From an uncultured delta proteobacterium (lineage in GTDB: Bacteria; Desulfobacterota; RBG-13-43-22): a DNA stretch of 64,000 nt. Location: contig CAWBOS010000010.1 of the NCBI GenBank assembly GCA_963790475.1, positions 1,696,001 to 1,760,000 on the forward strand. The letters run 5' to 3'. Below the pieces are notes generated by a model that saw nothing but the letters and a program-made list of their open reading frames with translations, made no database searches and was not told the DNA's origin. Shown here in pieces: positions 43,676 through 55,651 of this stretch; position 1 is the first letter of the stretch, and the number at the start of each line of letters is the position of its first letter. The translations under genes were made by a program, and so were the position numbers.

Positions 43676-44533
43676 AATGATAGCCTCTCAAACATTTTAT
43701 TGATCATTTCCGGCGCACTTCAAAGAATACGCCTCTGACCGGCTTCTCGCCGAGAGATCAGGCACATTTTTAGAAAATACCAGACACAAAAATGTTAGTC
43801 AAGGGTGCTCCGCCCAAATTCTACTATCCCCTTGGTAACATTAAATGATGATTCAACTGGTCCCTGGTTATCCTTTTTCATCTTGCCTGCCCCTCCTCGG
43901 AAAATTTTGGTCCCTGAGAAGGTGGGGCATCCATGGGCCGCCCCTTCCCTCTTACTTCTTTTTCAATTATCCCTATACGATTTATCTTTAACATTTTAGA
44001 ATAACTGATCTTTGGGGAACATACAGTGAAGAATGTATTTTTAGAATTTTAAAGCGTCATTTTTCTGATAACAATCTGGAGAATTATAAGGGGAAAGGCC
44101 AAAAAATTTCGTTTCTTCTCTAGACCATTGAGCTATCCTGCCGAAATAAAAAGTCTTTTTTAAATTTCTCATAAGTTCTAATTTCTAAAGATTTCGTTAG
44201 TGGTCTCGACGCAGCTTATTTTATAATTTATCTTTTGGACTATAAAAGGTGGCTGAATGTTAAAAAATAAGAAGAGATGGTTTGAACTTTATTTTAAACC
44301 CCCAGATAATTTATAACTAATTGAACACATTTTTAATTTAAGAAGGCCTCTAAGTGGTTTTGTTTTTGGGGATTGTCCAAAAAATATTTACGAGTTTCCA
44401 ACCCGGCCGGGAAGGCTATATTTGATTCGAGGCAGGGTATCTACTAAATCTTCTTTCGGGCAATGCGGTATGCCTCTCCCCAAAAGGAGTTTCAAAATTT
44501 GGCTGGCAGAGAAGCTTACGGTTCGGGGGTGGA

Positions 44534-44953
44534 TCATTTTTGATTGATGGTTATTGCCCCTCCTTTTTTATCGGTTTGAAAAACAACCACGGCCGTCAGA
44601 TCCTTCTTGGTGGCCATTACCGAACTCCCGCTGCCTGCGGTCGTTGTGGTCATAATTTTCCAATCTTTAGCCTTAAGTTCATCGGCATATTTGGCCAGAG
44701 CCCCTTCTTGGGCCTCCTCAATCACCACATTCCAATCCTTTGTTCCTCCGGCGTCAGTCTTATTGACCGCCTTGATCTTTCCCATGGTGAAGTGGGGGAC
44801 ATCACCAGGCATGTCCTGAGGCCAATCGGAGGTAACGTTCATTTCTCCCGTTCCGTCTTTAGTCTGGATCCGTATATTTTTGCCCTGGATATCGACCGTG
44901 GCCTCCTTGCCTGTACTATCTCTTATAACCTTCTCGACGATCTTTCCCGCCAT
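44534..44953 (-). CDS. Hypothetical protein (probable exported/lipoprotein fragment lacking its signal peptide)
   Basis: Coding-like ORF with WP.DMP.DVP motif; GGGGG RBS. Confidence 0.5.
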   Translation of the reverse strand: MAGKIVEKVIRDSTGKEATVDIQGKNIRIQTKDGTGEMNVTSDWPQDMPGDVPHFTMGKIKAVNKTDAGGTKDWNVVIEEAQEGALAKYADELKAKDWKIMTTTTAGSGSSVMATKKDLTAVVVFQTDKKGGAITINQK

Positions 44954-45553
44954 TTCTGATCGACCCCCCTAATGAAATTTTACTTTAGAAAAATCAGATA
45001 AACCACATGCTTTTGTTTGTCAAATTATTTGATATCCCTTCATTCAGGCCAGACTCTCCCGTCACTTGAATTAAATTAAGTAGTTACACCCTCGCCTCAG
45101 ACTGGGCTTTAATTGTCGTCGGTCTGCGGTTGGGCTTTTCAAAGGTTCATTAATTTTAAATTCGAAAAGAAAATTATTTATTTTTTTAACTTACAAAACT
45201 TCCTTCTGTCTAAAAAGACAATCGATAAATATTAAATCGGCCGACGGGGGCCAAGGTCATTAAACCTGCAAGTCTGTTGCCTGCCGTTAACCATGCGAGT
45301 AAGATGATGAAAATCAATGATTCGGGGATGAAAAGATTAGTTCTCATGAGTATATTTCCAGTCGCCTGGATTTTTTTGGTGCTTTACGCTCTTCATTTGA
45401 CCTCGATGATCAATTTTTTTTAATTATATTAAGCGCCAATAAAGACGGCCATAACGTTCATTTAAAATAGTGAAAACTTAATTAATATGTTATACAATAC
45501 CTAATTGGCAATCGGTTTTTATGACCAAGAACTTATTATCCTAAGGAGGACTT

Positions 45554-46177
45554 ATGAAAGGATACTCAAAGTGGATTGGGGTTATTCTCATTTTGTGTTG
45601 CGCATTGGCTTTTTCTTTTCCAGCACAAGCTCAGCAGTATAGGATGCCGAACTATGTAGTCCTAAAGGGCGGCATATATTCACCGCAAAGTGGCGATCTT
45701 GATGGCTTTAACACCGGCTTCAACGGGGAGGCCGCTTTTGGACATTATTTTGACAGGAACTGGGCGATAGAAGCCAGTGCCGGAAATTTTGAAACCAAAG
45801 GGAGAAAAGATCTTTTGCTAGCCCCTGACTCATCCCCAACGTCAGTACGTTTTAGAACGTTTCCGCTGACAGTTGCTTTTAAGGGATTAATTCCTGTGGA
45901 TAAATTTGAATTTTATGGAATAGGCGGTGTAGGGGCTTACTTTTTGGAGACCGACATAGATGACTCAGACAGTTTTCGTAGGCACCGCGATTCCGACACG
46001 GATTCAGAGACTCTATTTGGGGGCTTTCTTGGCCTGGGTGTGACTTTTAATTTTACCCCTAGATTCTTTGTTGGGGTAGAGGGCAAATACCTCTGGACCA
46101 CAACAACCACGGTCATTAATGCCGATACCAACCTTACCGGAATCCAGGCGACTGCTAACATAGGATTCAGATTCTAA
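45554..46177 (+). CDS. Small outer-membrane beta-barrel protein (OmpW/OmpA-like)
   Basis: Signal peptide, amphipathic strands, C-terminal IGFRF beta-signal; AAGGAGG RBS. Confidence 0.85.
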   Translation: MKGYSKWIGVILILCCALAFSFPAQAQQYRMPNYVVLKGGIYSPQSGDLDGFNTGFNGEAAFGHYFDRNWAIEASAGNFETKGRKDLLLAPDSSPTSVRFRTFPLTVAFKGLIPVDKFEFYGIGGVGAYFLETDIDDSDSFRRHRDSDTDSETLFGGFLGLGVTFNFTPRFFVGVEGKYLWTTTTTVINADTNLTGIQATANIGFRF

Positions 46178-46190
46178 ATGACCTTTGTCG

Positions 46191-46240
46191 GGCAGAGAGT
46201 AGGCGGAGAGGACTTCGGTCCTCTCCGCCTACTCTCTGCC
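46191..46240 (+). terminator. Perfect 23-bp hairpin with C(UUCG)G loop
   Basis: GGCAGAGAGTAGGCGGAGAGGAC-TTCG-GTCCTCTCCGCCTACTCTCTGCC followed by TTTCTCTT. Confidence 0.8.
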
Positions 46241-46452
46241 TTTCTCTTGGGCATGATGAATTAGGAATGATGCTTGTTTCTTTCTCAAGAATTCTCTCGT
46301 TTATTCAGTCAGCAAGCCTTGGAAAATAGACTCCTCGTTCAGATTCACCTATTGGAAATGTTCATAAACATAATGGCCCTGCCTTTGTTTGATCATGGAG
46401 ACAGGAGAGGCGCTGAGGGCCGGTATCCATCGTGGCCTTTTCGATAGAACAA

Positions 46453-48042
46453 CTAACCAGAAAGAAGTAACGAATCACACTCGTGAAGAAAGAACCAACT
46501 ATCCGGCGGGATAGAAGCAGTTTGTCTCCTGTAACGCTTCGCTAATGCTTCGCGTAGTTCTATTAGAACAGGTGCTGATGTATTCCGAATGGATTCATAA
46601 GATTGGTTGAACCGAGGCGTATCACCTAATTCACCAGAGGCATGCATAATTAGTGAATGAGCAATTGGTTCAATAGATGGATGAATTGTTTCCTGAACAA
46701 GGGAGAAAACTTCTGGATATCGTTTTTGCCGAACGCGGAGGCTCGCAAGAGCTGTTTTAAAGTAGGCACGTTGAGATACCCAAGGATTCTCTCTCTCTCT
46801 TGCTCCCCATTCGAAAATTTCCTCTGCCCTTTCCAATTTACCAGAACGCAGTTGGGCCATACCCCTAATATGATAAGCAACCCAGTCACTCCGAGTTGCT
46901 GGTAAGTTAGTAGGGAGAATTTTCAAGGCGGTTAAGTAATCACCCATAGCTACCAGCACGGAGGCCTTACCATTTCGAGCACTTGTAGAACGAGGAAAAC
47001 GATTCATGACTTGTTCATAGGTGTCCAGTGCCTCCTGGAGTCTTCCTATTTTCTTGTAAGTTTCGGCAATGCCAACATAGGCCCAAGGGTCCAAAGGGAA
47101 TTTCATAATCGTTTTACTATACTCCTCTACTGCTTCAGAAAAACGTCCTAAATCTCGGAGTATTTTTGCATGTGCGGTTCGTGGTGCTGAAGCCAAAGGA
47201 AAATGCTCGACCATAATAACTAGAGCTTCCTCAGCCTTCTCTATCTTTCCAAGCTCCCGGAGAACTTCTGCGCGCAGAGACTGCAGAATTAAGCCCTCAG
47301 GGTGACTTTTAACAAGTTCACTAAATTCCTCGAGGGCTTCGTCGAGTCGTCCCATGTCTCGAAGTACTTGGGCACGACCACTGATCGTAACTAAATCAAA
47401 GGCTATTTCTCGTAATATTTCGTTGTAAGCATCCAATGCTTGTTGGAGTTTACCATTATAAGCCAATACGGCTGCCCGACCATTGCGGGGAACGAGATCA
47501 GCAGGAAAGTCCCGAATGCATTGATCATAAATTTGAAGGGATTCTTCTATCTGCCCCAAGTCCTTCAATACCTCCGCACGCCCACATAATGCTACACAAA
47601 CATTTCCAAGCACCGCAGAAGTATGATACATCTCCAGAGATTGTTCGAACTCAGCCAGGGACCGGAAAGCGTCTCCAAGGGTAGCATAGGACCAAGCATC
47701 GCCAGGAGCTTCTGCAACTGCCTTTGAAGCGAATTCTAGCTGGAGTTCTTGGTTACCCAATCCCTTAGCGAATTGTGCAAGATCACATAAAGATTTGGCT
47801 ATATGTTCAGGATCACCATTGCGACGTTGGCTGACAATAAGTTCTTTAGTAAATCGCAACGCTAAATCCTGTTTCCCCTCTATAAGATGCTTTTTAATCC
47901 CTTCCTTCTGTTTTTCCACTTGTTGGAAGGTATGGAAACTACTCTTAAAACGTTTTTTGTGTTTAATGTGATTATACCTATCATTTTCAATCTCAGGGTC
48001 GCCCAATCTTCTGGACCGTTCGGTATGTAAAAAAGTGACCAT
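46453..48042 (-). CDS. Tetratricopeptide-repeat protein, possibly N-terminally truncated and laterally acquired
   Basis: Multiple RAEVL.DLG..EEAL..Y 34-aa repeats; many A/T-ending codons compared with neighbours. Confidence 0.75.
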   Translation of the reverse strand: MVTFLHTERSRRLGDPEIENDRYNHIKHKKRFKSSFHTFQQVEKQKEGIKKHLIEGKQDLALRFTKELIVSQRRNGDPEHIAKSLCDLAQFAKGLGNQELQLEFASKAVAEAPGDAWSYATLGDAFRSLAEFEQSLEMYHTSAVLGNVCVALCGRAEVLKDLGQIEESLQIYDQCIRDFPADLVPRNGRAAVLAYNGKLQQALDAYNEILREIAFDLVTISGRAQVLRDMGRLDEALEEFSELVKSHPEGLILQSLRAEVLRELGKIEKAEEALVIMVEHFPLASAPRTAHAKILRDLGRFSEAVEEYSKTIMKFPLDPWAYVGIAETYKKIGRLQEALDTYEQVMNRFPRSTSARNGKASVLVAMGDYLTALKILPTNLPATRSDWVAYHIRGMAQLRSGKLERAEEIFEWGARERENPWVSQRAYFKTALASLRVRQKRYPEVFSLVQETIHPSIEPIAHSLIMHASGELGDTPRFNQSYESIRNTSAPVLIELREALAKRYRRQTASIPPDSWFFLHECDSLLLSG

Positions 48043-48274
48043 TTTTTCTCCCCTGGGGAGAGGCGGAAACCATCCTGCCTCAAAAATTATTTGTCAAAGT
48101 CCTTTTTGATCCAGTTGTCCTAAAGGAACTCATTCACTGAGAACTCCTTTTTCTTAAAAGTTCCTCTGTCGTGTTGGAACCGTAATCCCCTCCTCAAAAC
48201 TCATAAATTCCCCCCCTTACTTTTATACAAGGGTTAAGAACAATTTTGGGGAGATTTAGAAAATGGCCACGGCT

Positions 48275-48732
48275 CTATGGGCGGCCGCCTGCCCACATTC
48301 TCTGGCGCATATGACCCCTGAGCCATATCTCCTGCCCCCACATCCCAACCTGTGCGGCCTGCTCCGGGGTGAGATAACTCCTGGCTTCCAACCGAGAATC
48401 GATGGCTTTCATTCTTAATTGTGTGGTCAGACCTAAAAGTTCCTCTTGTTTGGCTATGATTTTGTCTTTATCCGGGTTAGGGACAGTCCACAATGTTTTG
48501 AGCTCGAGCCGTTTGACCCTGAGGTCATTGCGTAGAAAACCGTTTCTTTCCGGAAATTTTCCCCCAAGGCTTGGAGTTTGGTCTTTTGTTCCGGGGTAAG
48601 ATTCAATCGGTTACGGTAATGAGCCTTAAATCCTTCTCTTGCCCCTCCATCTTCCGGGACCATGGCATAAACGCTGCCGGCCATTAAAAGTAAAACGAAT
48701 AACAAAACCAAAATTTTAGTTTGACTGATCAT
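48275..48732 (-). pseudogene. Second Spy/CpxP/ZraP-family gene, frameshifted near 48535 (possible sequencing error)
   Basis: Signal peptide and LNLTPEQ in one frame; LWTVPNPDKDKI...LTPEQ in the next; one base missing at GTT-TTC-TA. Confidence 0.8.
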
Positions 48733-48913
48733 TTCTTCTTCCTTCCTTGGTTTTTTACGAATTTAAGGTTATTTCTTTCCAGTCCCGAAATCTAAAAACC
48801 GTATAATCTTTCGCTGCTTAGCCCATCCCCTTTCCATTTTTCTTTTGATACCCCAAGGTCTTTCTTTAAAACAGCTTCCAAATTTGTATGGTTTATTTTT
48901 TTTAGAGAGAAGT

Positions 48914-49042
48914 GATTTTTGTTAAGTTAAAAATAAAAATGATTTTCTTACGATTTAATGACTTCCTTATGTCGTTTTGTTCGCTGAATGGCTAAGAAGA
49001 AGTTAACCTTATAAAATCGCTTCCAGTCTATCCGAGAATAAG
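48914..49042. promoter_or_regulatory. Conserved AT-rich intergenic element, copy A
   Basis: Shares TTTTGTTAAGTTAAAAATA and TCC.GTCTATCCG.GAATAAG with 58061-58178. Confidence 0.6.
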
Positions 49043-49215
49043 TTGTTTTTCGGTAACATACCTCGTATCGATTCCTGCTGTTACTCCGCCAAGAAACTAT
49101 TAAAAGATAATTTTAACTTTATAAACCCCTACCTGTCTAATAAAGGAGAGTTTTATGCCCTTAATAGGACATACCTTCTATATTTCGCAACTTAGATTAA
49201 CTAAGAGTTAATAAA

Positions 49216-49532
49216 ATGAGAGAAAAAGTTAGGATCCGGAAATGGGCACCCCCGAAGAGCGGTCAGGGCAAAGCGGGTGTTCTCTATGCCCCCTAACTAA
49301 AAGGGGAAGAATATGGAAGAGCCAGTTTGAATAATGCATATTGATGGAGATTACAGGGTTGTACATTTTTTGATTGGAAAGGGAGCCCTTATTAAATCAA
49401 CGGTTTCCCTGGCAACCGCCTCGACCATGCTCAAAAAATAATAAATTTGATTTGATTTTATCGGAACCTCAAAATATAGTCATACTTACTCCCCTAGGCC
49501 CATCAAGAAATAAAAGAGCACCTGGTATTTAA
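49216..49532 (+). pseudogene. Internally deleted Spy-like gene plus decayed half-receiver microprotein
   Basis: MREKVRIR matches MKDMIKIR at 33124 and is joined directly to sequence matching 33611 onward; MEEPV*IMHIDGDYRVV...KFDLILSEPQ has a nonsense codon and an extra A. Confidence 0.7.
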
Positions 49533-49577
49533 TTAGAAAAATATTAATCATCTTCTGGAGTGCGAAGGTCTATTTCT

Positions 49578-50786
49578 ATGATAAAAAAGAACAGGAAAGC
49601 GACATTTTTGGGTGCGGCCGTACTGTCTTCCATCGCAGCTATGAGTTTGGTTTTTTTCCTCATGTCCGGCTGCGGAAAGAAGAAAGAGGAGAAGGATTCC
49701 GCTCGGCCCATAGTCCAAGTAGCACAAGTTGCCCGGCAAAATATCTCCGTCTATACAGAATGGATCGGCACAACGGATGGTAAGGTCAATGCCACAATCC
49801 GAGCGCAGGTCCAGGGTTATTTGATCAAACAGAATTACCGTGAAGGCGATTTTGTCAGGAAGGGACAGATTCTTTTCGAGATCGACCCGCGCACCTTCCA
49901 AACAGCCTTGGACCAGGCGAAGGGACAACTGGAGCAACAGCGGGCACGCTGGGCAACCGCCGAGGCGGATCTCGTCAGGATCAAGCCCCTGGCGGAGCTG
50001 AATGCCATCAGCAAAAAAGACCTGGACGATGCCATGGGCCTTGAACAGGCCGCGCGTGCGGCGGTGGTTTCGGCAAAAGCTGTTGTTGAAAAAACAACGC
50101 TGGACGTCGGCTTCACGAAGATTACCTCTCCCGTTGACGGCATCGCCGGCATTGCCAAGACCCAGATCGGAAATCTCGTCGGTCCCGGATTGATCGAGGA
50201 ACTGACAACGGTATCAACTCTTGATCCTATCAAGGTCTATGTGTCCGTCGGTGAACAGGAGTACCTCAAAATGGTCGGAAACGGCGGCCCTAGTTTCAAG
50301 GACATTCCCCTGGAATTGATTCTATCCTCCGGCAGTGTTCATCCCTATAAAGGATACTTTGCCCTTGCCGACCGCCAGGTGGATGTGAAGACAGGCACCA
50401 TAAAACTCGCCGCCTTCTTCAGCAATCCCGGAAATATTATTCGGCCCGGACAATTTGCCAAGGTCCGTGCCAAAAGCAAAATCAAGGAAAACGCACTGCT
50501 GATCCCCCAGCGAGCGGTGAGGGAACTTCAGGGAAGCTATCAGGTAGCCGTCGTAGGTCCCGGTAATAAAATCGATATAAGGTCGGTAAAACCCGCCGAA
50601 CGAATCGACAACCTCTGGGTGATTGATGAGGGGCTTAAGCCGGGAGATAAGGTGGTCATGGAGGGGTTCCAAAAAGTAAGGCAGGGTATGATCGTGAATC
50701 CACAGTCTTACGTTCAGTCCGGGGACGGCACCGCCTCGATGGCCGGAGAACAGAAATCGGTAGAATCCGGGCGAGGACAAAAATAG
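49578..50786 (+). CDS. RND periplasmic adaptor subunit (AcrA/MexA-like lipoprotein)
   Basis: Lipobox MSGC; IRAQVQG, LFEIDPR, ITSPVDG, RPGQF. Confidence 0.92.
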   Translation: MIKKNRKATFLGAAVLSSIAAMSLVFFLMSGCGKKKEEKDSARPIVQVAQVARQNISVYTEWIGTTDGKVNATIRAQVQGYLIKQNYREGDFVRKGQILFEIDPRTFQTALDQAKGQLEQQRARWATAEADLVRIKPLAELNAISKKDLDDAMGLEQAARAAVVSAKAVVEKTTLDVGFTKITSPVDGIAGIAKTQIGNLVGPGLIEELTTVSTLDPIKVYVSVGEQEYLKMVGNGGPSFKDIPLELILSSGSVHPYKGYFALADRQVDVKTGTIKLAAFFSNPGNIIRPGQFAKVRAKSKIKENALLIPQRAVRELQGSYQVAVVGPGNKIDIRSVKPAERIDNLWVIDEGLKPGDKVVMEGFQKVRQGMIVNPQSYVQSGDGTASMAGEQKSVESGRGQK

Positions 50787-50791
50787 ACGTC

Positions 50792-53700
50792 ATGTCGAAG
50801 TTCTTCATCAATCGTCCCATTGTTGCCATGGTGATCTCCATTATGTTCGTCATTGTAGGCATCGTGGCGGCGGTCAGTCTGCCCATCGCCCAGTTCCCGG
50901 AGATCGTGCCCCCCGAGATCCAGATCTGGTCGACTTATACAGGTGCGGACGCGCAAACCGTCGAGCAGTCCGTGGCGACCCCTATCGAGCAGCAGCTCAG
51001 CGGCGTGGACAACATGAATTACATGTACTCCGTCAACGCCAACAACGGTAACATGCGGCTGACGGCCAGCTTTGATGTTGCGACCAGTCCGAACACGGAC
51101 CTGGTGCTTACCCAGATCCGGCAGAATCTTTCTCAGCCGCAGCTTCCCGCCGATGTGCGGAATTACGGGGTCACGGTCCAGAAGGCCCGTTCCGCCCCCC
51201 TGATGACCCTTTCCGTTTATTCACCCCACGGGTCCCATGACGCCATCTTTCTGTCGAACTATGCCTACATCAACCTCGTCGATCAGTTGCTCCGCGTGCC
51301 CGGAGTCGGCCTGGCTACGGTCTGGGGCTCCGGTATGTATGCGATCCGCATCTGGGTCAAACCCGATACCCTGGCGAAGCTCGGCATAACCGTTCCCCGG
51401 GTCATTGATGCCGTCCAGAAGCAGAATACAGTTAATCCGGCCGGGCAGATCGGTGGTGAACCCGCGCCTCCGGGCCAGGAGTTCACCTATTCCGTACGGG
51501 CCCAGGGCCGTCTGATCACACCCGAAGAATTCGGCCAGATCGTTCTGCGGGCCAACTCCGACGGATCCGTTGTTCGCCTGAAGGATGTGGCCCGTATTGA
51601 ACTGGGCTCGCAGGTTTATACGTTCAGGGGGCGGCTGGATGGGGAACCTGCAGCTAATATCGGCATCTACCAGTTACCCGGCACGAATGCCATCGAGACA
51701 GCCAACGGCGTCAGAAGGGTCATGGAACAGGCCAAGGGGCGATTTCCGGCTGATCTCGATTATGTTGTCGGTCTCGATACGACCAAGTCCATCACTGAAG
51801 GCATTAACGAGATTGTCAAAACACTCCTGATAGCGCTGGCGTTAGTCATCGTCGTCGTCTTCATCTTCCTTCAGGGCTGGAGGCCGACCCTCATTCCCGC
51901 CCTCGCCGTTCCGGTTTCTCTCGTCGGCACTTTTGCCTTTTTTCCTCTTCTCGGATTCTCCATCAACACCCTGTCTCTTTTCGGCCTGGTCTTAGCCATA
52001 GGCCTGGTCGTGGACGATGCCATTGTCGTTGTCGAAGCGGCCGAACGTCATATCGAGGAGGGCTTGTCTCCCAAGGATGCGGCATTCAAGGCCATGCAGG
52101 AAGTTTCCGGCCCGGTCATGGCCATTGCCCTGGTGCTCTCGGCGGTCTTTATCCCCACGGTGTTCATTCCGGGAATTACGGGCAGGCTTTACCAGCAATT
52201 TGCAGCGACCATTGCCATTTCGGTCCTCATCTCGGCCTTCAACGCCTTGAGTCTCAGCCCCGCCCTTGCCGCTCTTCTCCTCAAGCCCCGGAAAGAGACC
52301 CGCGGCCCCCTGGGGTCCTTCTTCACCTTATTCAACCGCTGGTTCGGACGCGCTACAACAGGATATGTTGGATTCTGCAGAGTCCTGATCCGCAAGAGCG
52401 CCCTCAGTCTTCTGTTTCTTGCAGGGATCACGGTCCTTTCCTTCGGGATCGGAAAAGTCACCCCCGCGGGATTTTTGCCGGAAGAGGATCTGGGCTATAT
52501 GTATGTCAACGTATCATTGCCGGATGCCGCCTCACTGCAGCGCACCGATGAGGCCTGCAAGGAGATCGAAAAAATCATCGCCAGGACGCCTGGTATTAAG
52601 CACTACCAAACCATCCTCGGCGTCAGTTTGCTCAGCCAGGTCCAGAACACCTACAGTGCTTTTGTCTTTGTGAACCTCAAGGAGTGGAAGGATCGGAAAA
52701 CTCCGGACCAGCAATATGACGCGATTATGACCCGTCTGAACAGAGAGCTGGCCAAACTGCCGCAATGCAGCGCCTTCGCCTTTTCTCCGCCAGCCATTCC
52801 AGGCATTGGGACGGCCGGGGGCGTAACGATGGTCCTCGAAGACCGTGCCGGCAAGGACATTAGTTTTCTTTCGGAGAATGTCAACAAATTCATCGATGCC
52901 GCACGGAAGAGACCGGAGCTTGCCTCAGTCAGAACGACCTTCCTCCCGACGGTGCCCCAGGTTTTCATCAATGTCGATCGGGACAAGGTACTCAAGCAGG
53001 GCATCGATCTCGGACAGGTCTATCAAACGCTCCAGGCTTTTATGGGCGGTTATTTCATCAATTACTTCAACCGATTCGGACGTCAATGGCAGGTCTATGT
53101 CCAGGCGGAAGGTGCCTACCGAACCAAAGCGGAGGATGTCGGACAATTTTATGTACAGAACGACCGGGGGGATCCGGTTCCGCTCTCGGCGGTCACGACG
53201 GTCGAATCACGAACAGGACCCGAATTTACAATGCGCTACAACCTGTATCGTTCGGCACAGATCAACGCCATGGCCAACCCCGGCTACAGTTCAGCCCAGG
53301 CCATGAAGGCGCTGGAAGAGGTCTTTGCTCAGAGTATGCCGCGAGATATGGGTTTCGATTACCTGGGAATGAGTTTCCAAGAAAAGAAGGCCCAGGAGGG
53401 TATACCGGCGATGGTCATCTTCGGGTTCTCCTTGCTTTGTGTTTTTCTCATTCTTGCCGCCCAGTACGAAAGCTGGTCCCTGCCCGTCAGTGTTCTACTC
53501 GGAACGCCCGTGGCTGTTTTCGGTGCTTTCACGGCAATCTGGCTCCGCGGCCAGGTGAACAACGTCTATGCCCAGATTGGGCTGATCGTGCTGATCGGTC
53601 TGGCCGCCAAGAACGCCATTCTGATCGTTGAGTTCGCAAAAAGAAGGCATGAACAAGGGAGATCTACGACGGATGCCGCTCTCGAAGGGGCCCGATTGAG

Positions 53701-53941
53701 GCTCCGGCCGATTCTCATGACTTCGTTCGCCTTTCTCTTCGGCACGCTTCCCCTGGCCATATCTACAGGATCCGGAGCCGTGGCCAGACAAATCATGGGA
53801 ACCACTGTTATGGGCGGAGCTGCAGCAGCCTCCTTGATTGCTATCTTCCTGATTCCGGTGACCTTCTACGTCGTTGTCAAAATGACGGAAAAACGCAGGA
53901 ATAAAAAAAAGCCGGAGAGCGAGGAAGGAGATCATGTATAA
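50792..53941 (+). CDS. HAE1-family RND permease (AcrB/BepE-like)
   Basis: [44 protein letters not shown]. Confidence 0.95.
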   Translation: MSKFFINRPIVAMVISIMFVIVGIVAAVSLPIAQFPEIVPPEIQIWSTYTGADAQTVEQSVATPIEQQLSGVDNMNYMYSVNANNGNMRLTASFDVATSPNTDLVLTQIRQNLSQPQLPADVRNYGVTVQKARSAPLMTLSVYSPHGSHDAIFLSNYAYINLVDQLLRVPGVGLATVWGSGMYAIRIWVKPDTLAKLGITVPRVIDAVQKQNTVNPAGQIGGEPAPPGQEFTYSVRAQGRLITPEEFGQIVLRANSDGSVVRLKDVARIELGSQVYTFRGRLDGEPAANIGIYQLPGTNAIETANGVRRVMEQAKGRFPADLDYVVGLDTTKSITEGINEIVKTLLIALALVIVVVFIFLQGWRPTLIPALAVPVSLVGTFAFFPLLGFSINTLSLFGLVLAIGLVVDDAIVVVEAAERHIEEGLSPKDAAFKAMQEVSGPVMAIALVLSAVFIPTVFIPGITGRLYQQFAATIAISVLISAFNALSLSPALAALLLKPRKETRGPLGSFFTLFNRWFGRATTGYVGFCRVLIRKSALSLLFLAGITVLSFGIGKVTPAGFLPEEDLGYMYVNVSLPDAASLQRTDEACKEIEKIIARTPGIKHYQTILGVSLLSQVQNTYSAFVFVNLKEWKDRKTPDQQYDAIMTRLNRELAKLPQCSAFAFSPPAIPGIGTAGGVTMVLEDRAGKDISFLSENVNKFIDAARKRPELASVRTTFLPTVPQVFINVDRDKVLKQGIDLGQVYQTLQAFMGGYFINYFNRFGRQWQVYVQAEGAYRTKAEDVGQFYVQNDRGDPVPLSAVTTVESRTGPEFTMRYNLYRSAQINAMANPGYSSAQAMKALEEVFAQSMPRDMGFDYLGMSFQEKKAQEGIPAMVIFGFSLLCVFLILAAQYESWSLPVSVLLGTPVAVFGAFTAIWLRGQVNNVYAQIGLIVLIGLAAKNAILIVEFAKRRHEQGRSTTDAALEGARLRLRPILMTSFAFLFGTLPLAISTGSGAVARQIMGTTVMGGAAAASLIAIFLIPVTFYVVVKMTEKRRNKKKPESEEGDHV

Positions 53942-55322
53942 GATCCTTTTATCTTTTCTGCTGGCGCTTATTCTTTCCGGCTGCATGATGGGTCCCGACT
54001 ATCGGAGGCCAGATATCGAGATCCCCGGCGCCTGGCGTTTTGAAGAGAAGGAGGCCCGAGAAATCAGCAACGTGTCCTGGTGGGAGCAGTTTAACGATCC
54101 CGTTCTCAACGAACTCATCGGGGTGGCCCTGAAAGAAAACAAGGATCTCAAGATAGCCACGGCCAGAGTTGAGGAATTCATGGGACGATACGGGACGACA
54201 CGGGCGGCCCTGTTTCCGCAGGTTTATGGGGAGGCCAGTGCGGGCCGAAGCCAGGTGACTGGGCTGGGGCCTACTCCGCTTTCATCGGCGACTCAAAATC
54301 CCGCATATAACTATTTGGCTTTGCTGAACGGAAGCTGGGAGCTCGACCTGTGGGGCAAGCTGCGGAGGGGGACAGAGGCCGCCCGCGCCGATCTTCTAAG
54401 CCAGGAAGAAGGGCGGATTAGCGTTCTTCTTACGCTTGTTACGTCTGTGGCCAGCGCTTATGTGAATCTCGGCAATCTCGACAAGCAGCTCGATATAGCC
54501 AAAAGAACCGCGCAGAGCCGTAAGGAATCCTACGATCTTTTTCAACTTCGGTTCCGGGGTGGTGTCATCTCGGAACTTGAACTAAGTCAGGTCAAATCGG
54601 AATACGAGCAAACCTTAGCGACCATTCCGGTTCTTGAAAAGGTGATTTCCCAGCAGGAAAACGCCCTGAGCGAGCTCCTGGGACGGAATCCCGGCCCGAT
54701 TCCGCGGGGCAAAAAGATTGACGATCTTGTCCTTCTGACTGTGCCTGCGGGTCTGCCCTCCATCCTGCTCGCCAATCGTCCGGATATACGCCAGGCGGAG
54801 CAAAACCTGATCGCCGCCAATGCCAGGATCGGTGTGGCAAGAACGCTCTATTTCCCAACGATTTCTCTGACGGGTTCGTTCGGTGTCTCAAGCATTGACC
54901 TGTCGAATCTCTTTACCGGGCCTGCGGGGGCCTGGAACTGGGCCGTTCCGCTGGTGGCCCCGATATTTACGGGTGGCGCCATCAGGGGACGGATTAAAAC
55001 GGCTGAAGCACAGCAGCAACAAGCCTTATTTCGCTATCAGCAGACTATCCAGACGGCATTCCGGGAAGTCGAGGATGCCCTGATCGACCAGAAGCGCTCC
55101 AGAGAAGAACTCGAGATTCAGGACCGGCAGATTGAATCCCTGCGGAAATATGCTCGTTTCGCCCGCCTGAGATTTGATAATGGCTATACCAGTTATATCG
55201 AAGTGCTCGATTCGGAACGCAGCTTGTTCAATGCCGAACTGGCCCGCGCCGAGACCAAGGGCGTCCTCTTTCAGGCCCTTGTGAATCTGTACAAGGCGTT
55301 GGGCAGCGGTTGGACGTTCTAG
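53934..55322 (+). CDS. RND outer-membrane lipoprotein (NodT/OprM family)
   Basis: [10 protein letters not shown]; WELDLWG; NRPDI; YKALGSGW. Confidence 0.93.
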   Translation: MYKILLSFLLALILSGCMMGPDYRRPDIEIPGAWRFEEKEAREISNVSWWEQFNDPVLNELIGVALKENKDLKIATARVEEFMGRYGTTRAALFPQVYGEASAGRSQVTGLGPTPLSSATQNPAYNYLALLNGSWELDLWGKLRRGTEAARADLLSQEEGRISVLLTLVTSVASAYVNLGNLDKQLDIAKRTAQSRKESYDLFQLRFRGGVISELELSQVKSEYEQTLATIPVLEKVISQQENALSELLGRNPGPIPRGKKIDDLVLLTVPAGLPSILLANRPDIRQAEQNLIAANARIGVARTLYFPTISLTGSFGVSSIDLSNLFTGPAGAWNWAVPLVAPIFTGGAIRGRIKTAEAQQQQALFRYQQTIQTAFREVEDALIDQKRSREELEIQDRQIESLRKYARFARLRFDNGYTSYIEVLDSERSLFNAELARAETKGVLFQALVNLYKALGSGWTF

Positions 55323-55651
55323 AATATCAGCAAGGACCAGTCACACCCTGAGTCCTCCCCGACGTTTTGCTTCTTATACTCCTTAAATTTCCATTTGGAA
55401 AAAACAGAAGAGTTGAAACCGTAATTACTGACAAACGGCGTTTGATATTTGTCGTACCTATAACCGACAACGGCATGCTTCGCATAAGAAATTAAGAGAG
55501 GTGGTCGGACGGATTGAAAAGAAATTGTCAATACCAAAGATTTGACCCTCTGTTTAATGTTTAATATTATGTGGTGAGGTCCCTGGTTTGTCTGACAGAA
55601 ACTCAGTAACTTTACAATAGAACCAAATGGAACATTGATTGGAGCGAGGGA

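Noticed and set aside
43740-45540. Long AT-rich intergenic stretches around 44534-44953 as a replication origin or sRNA locus
   Set aside because: No DnaA-box cluster, iterons or convincing stable structure seen
8648-55322. Genome-wide TAG reassignment
   Set aside because: TAG ends several genes at their natural C-termini (8650, 29447, 31033, 50786, 55322)
55319-55537. Short ORF with HAVVGY resembling a papain/C39-like peptidase tail
   Set aside because: Too short, no catalytic Cys region and no start signals
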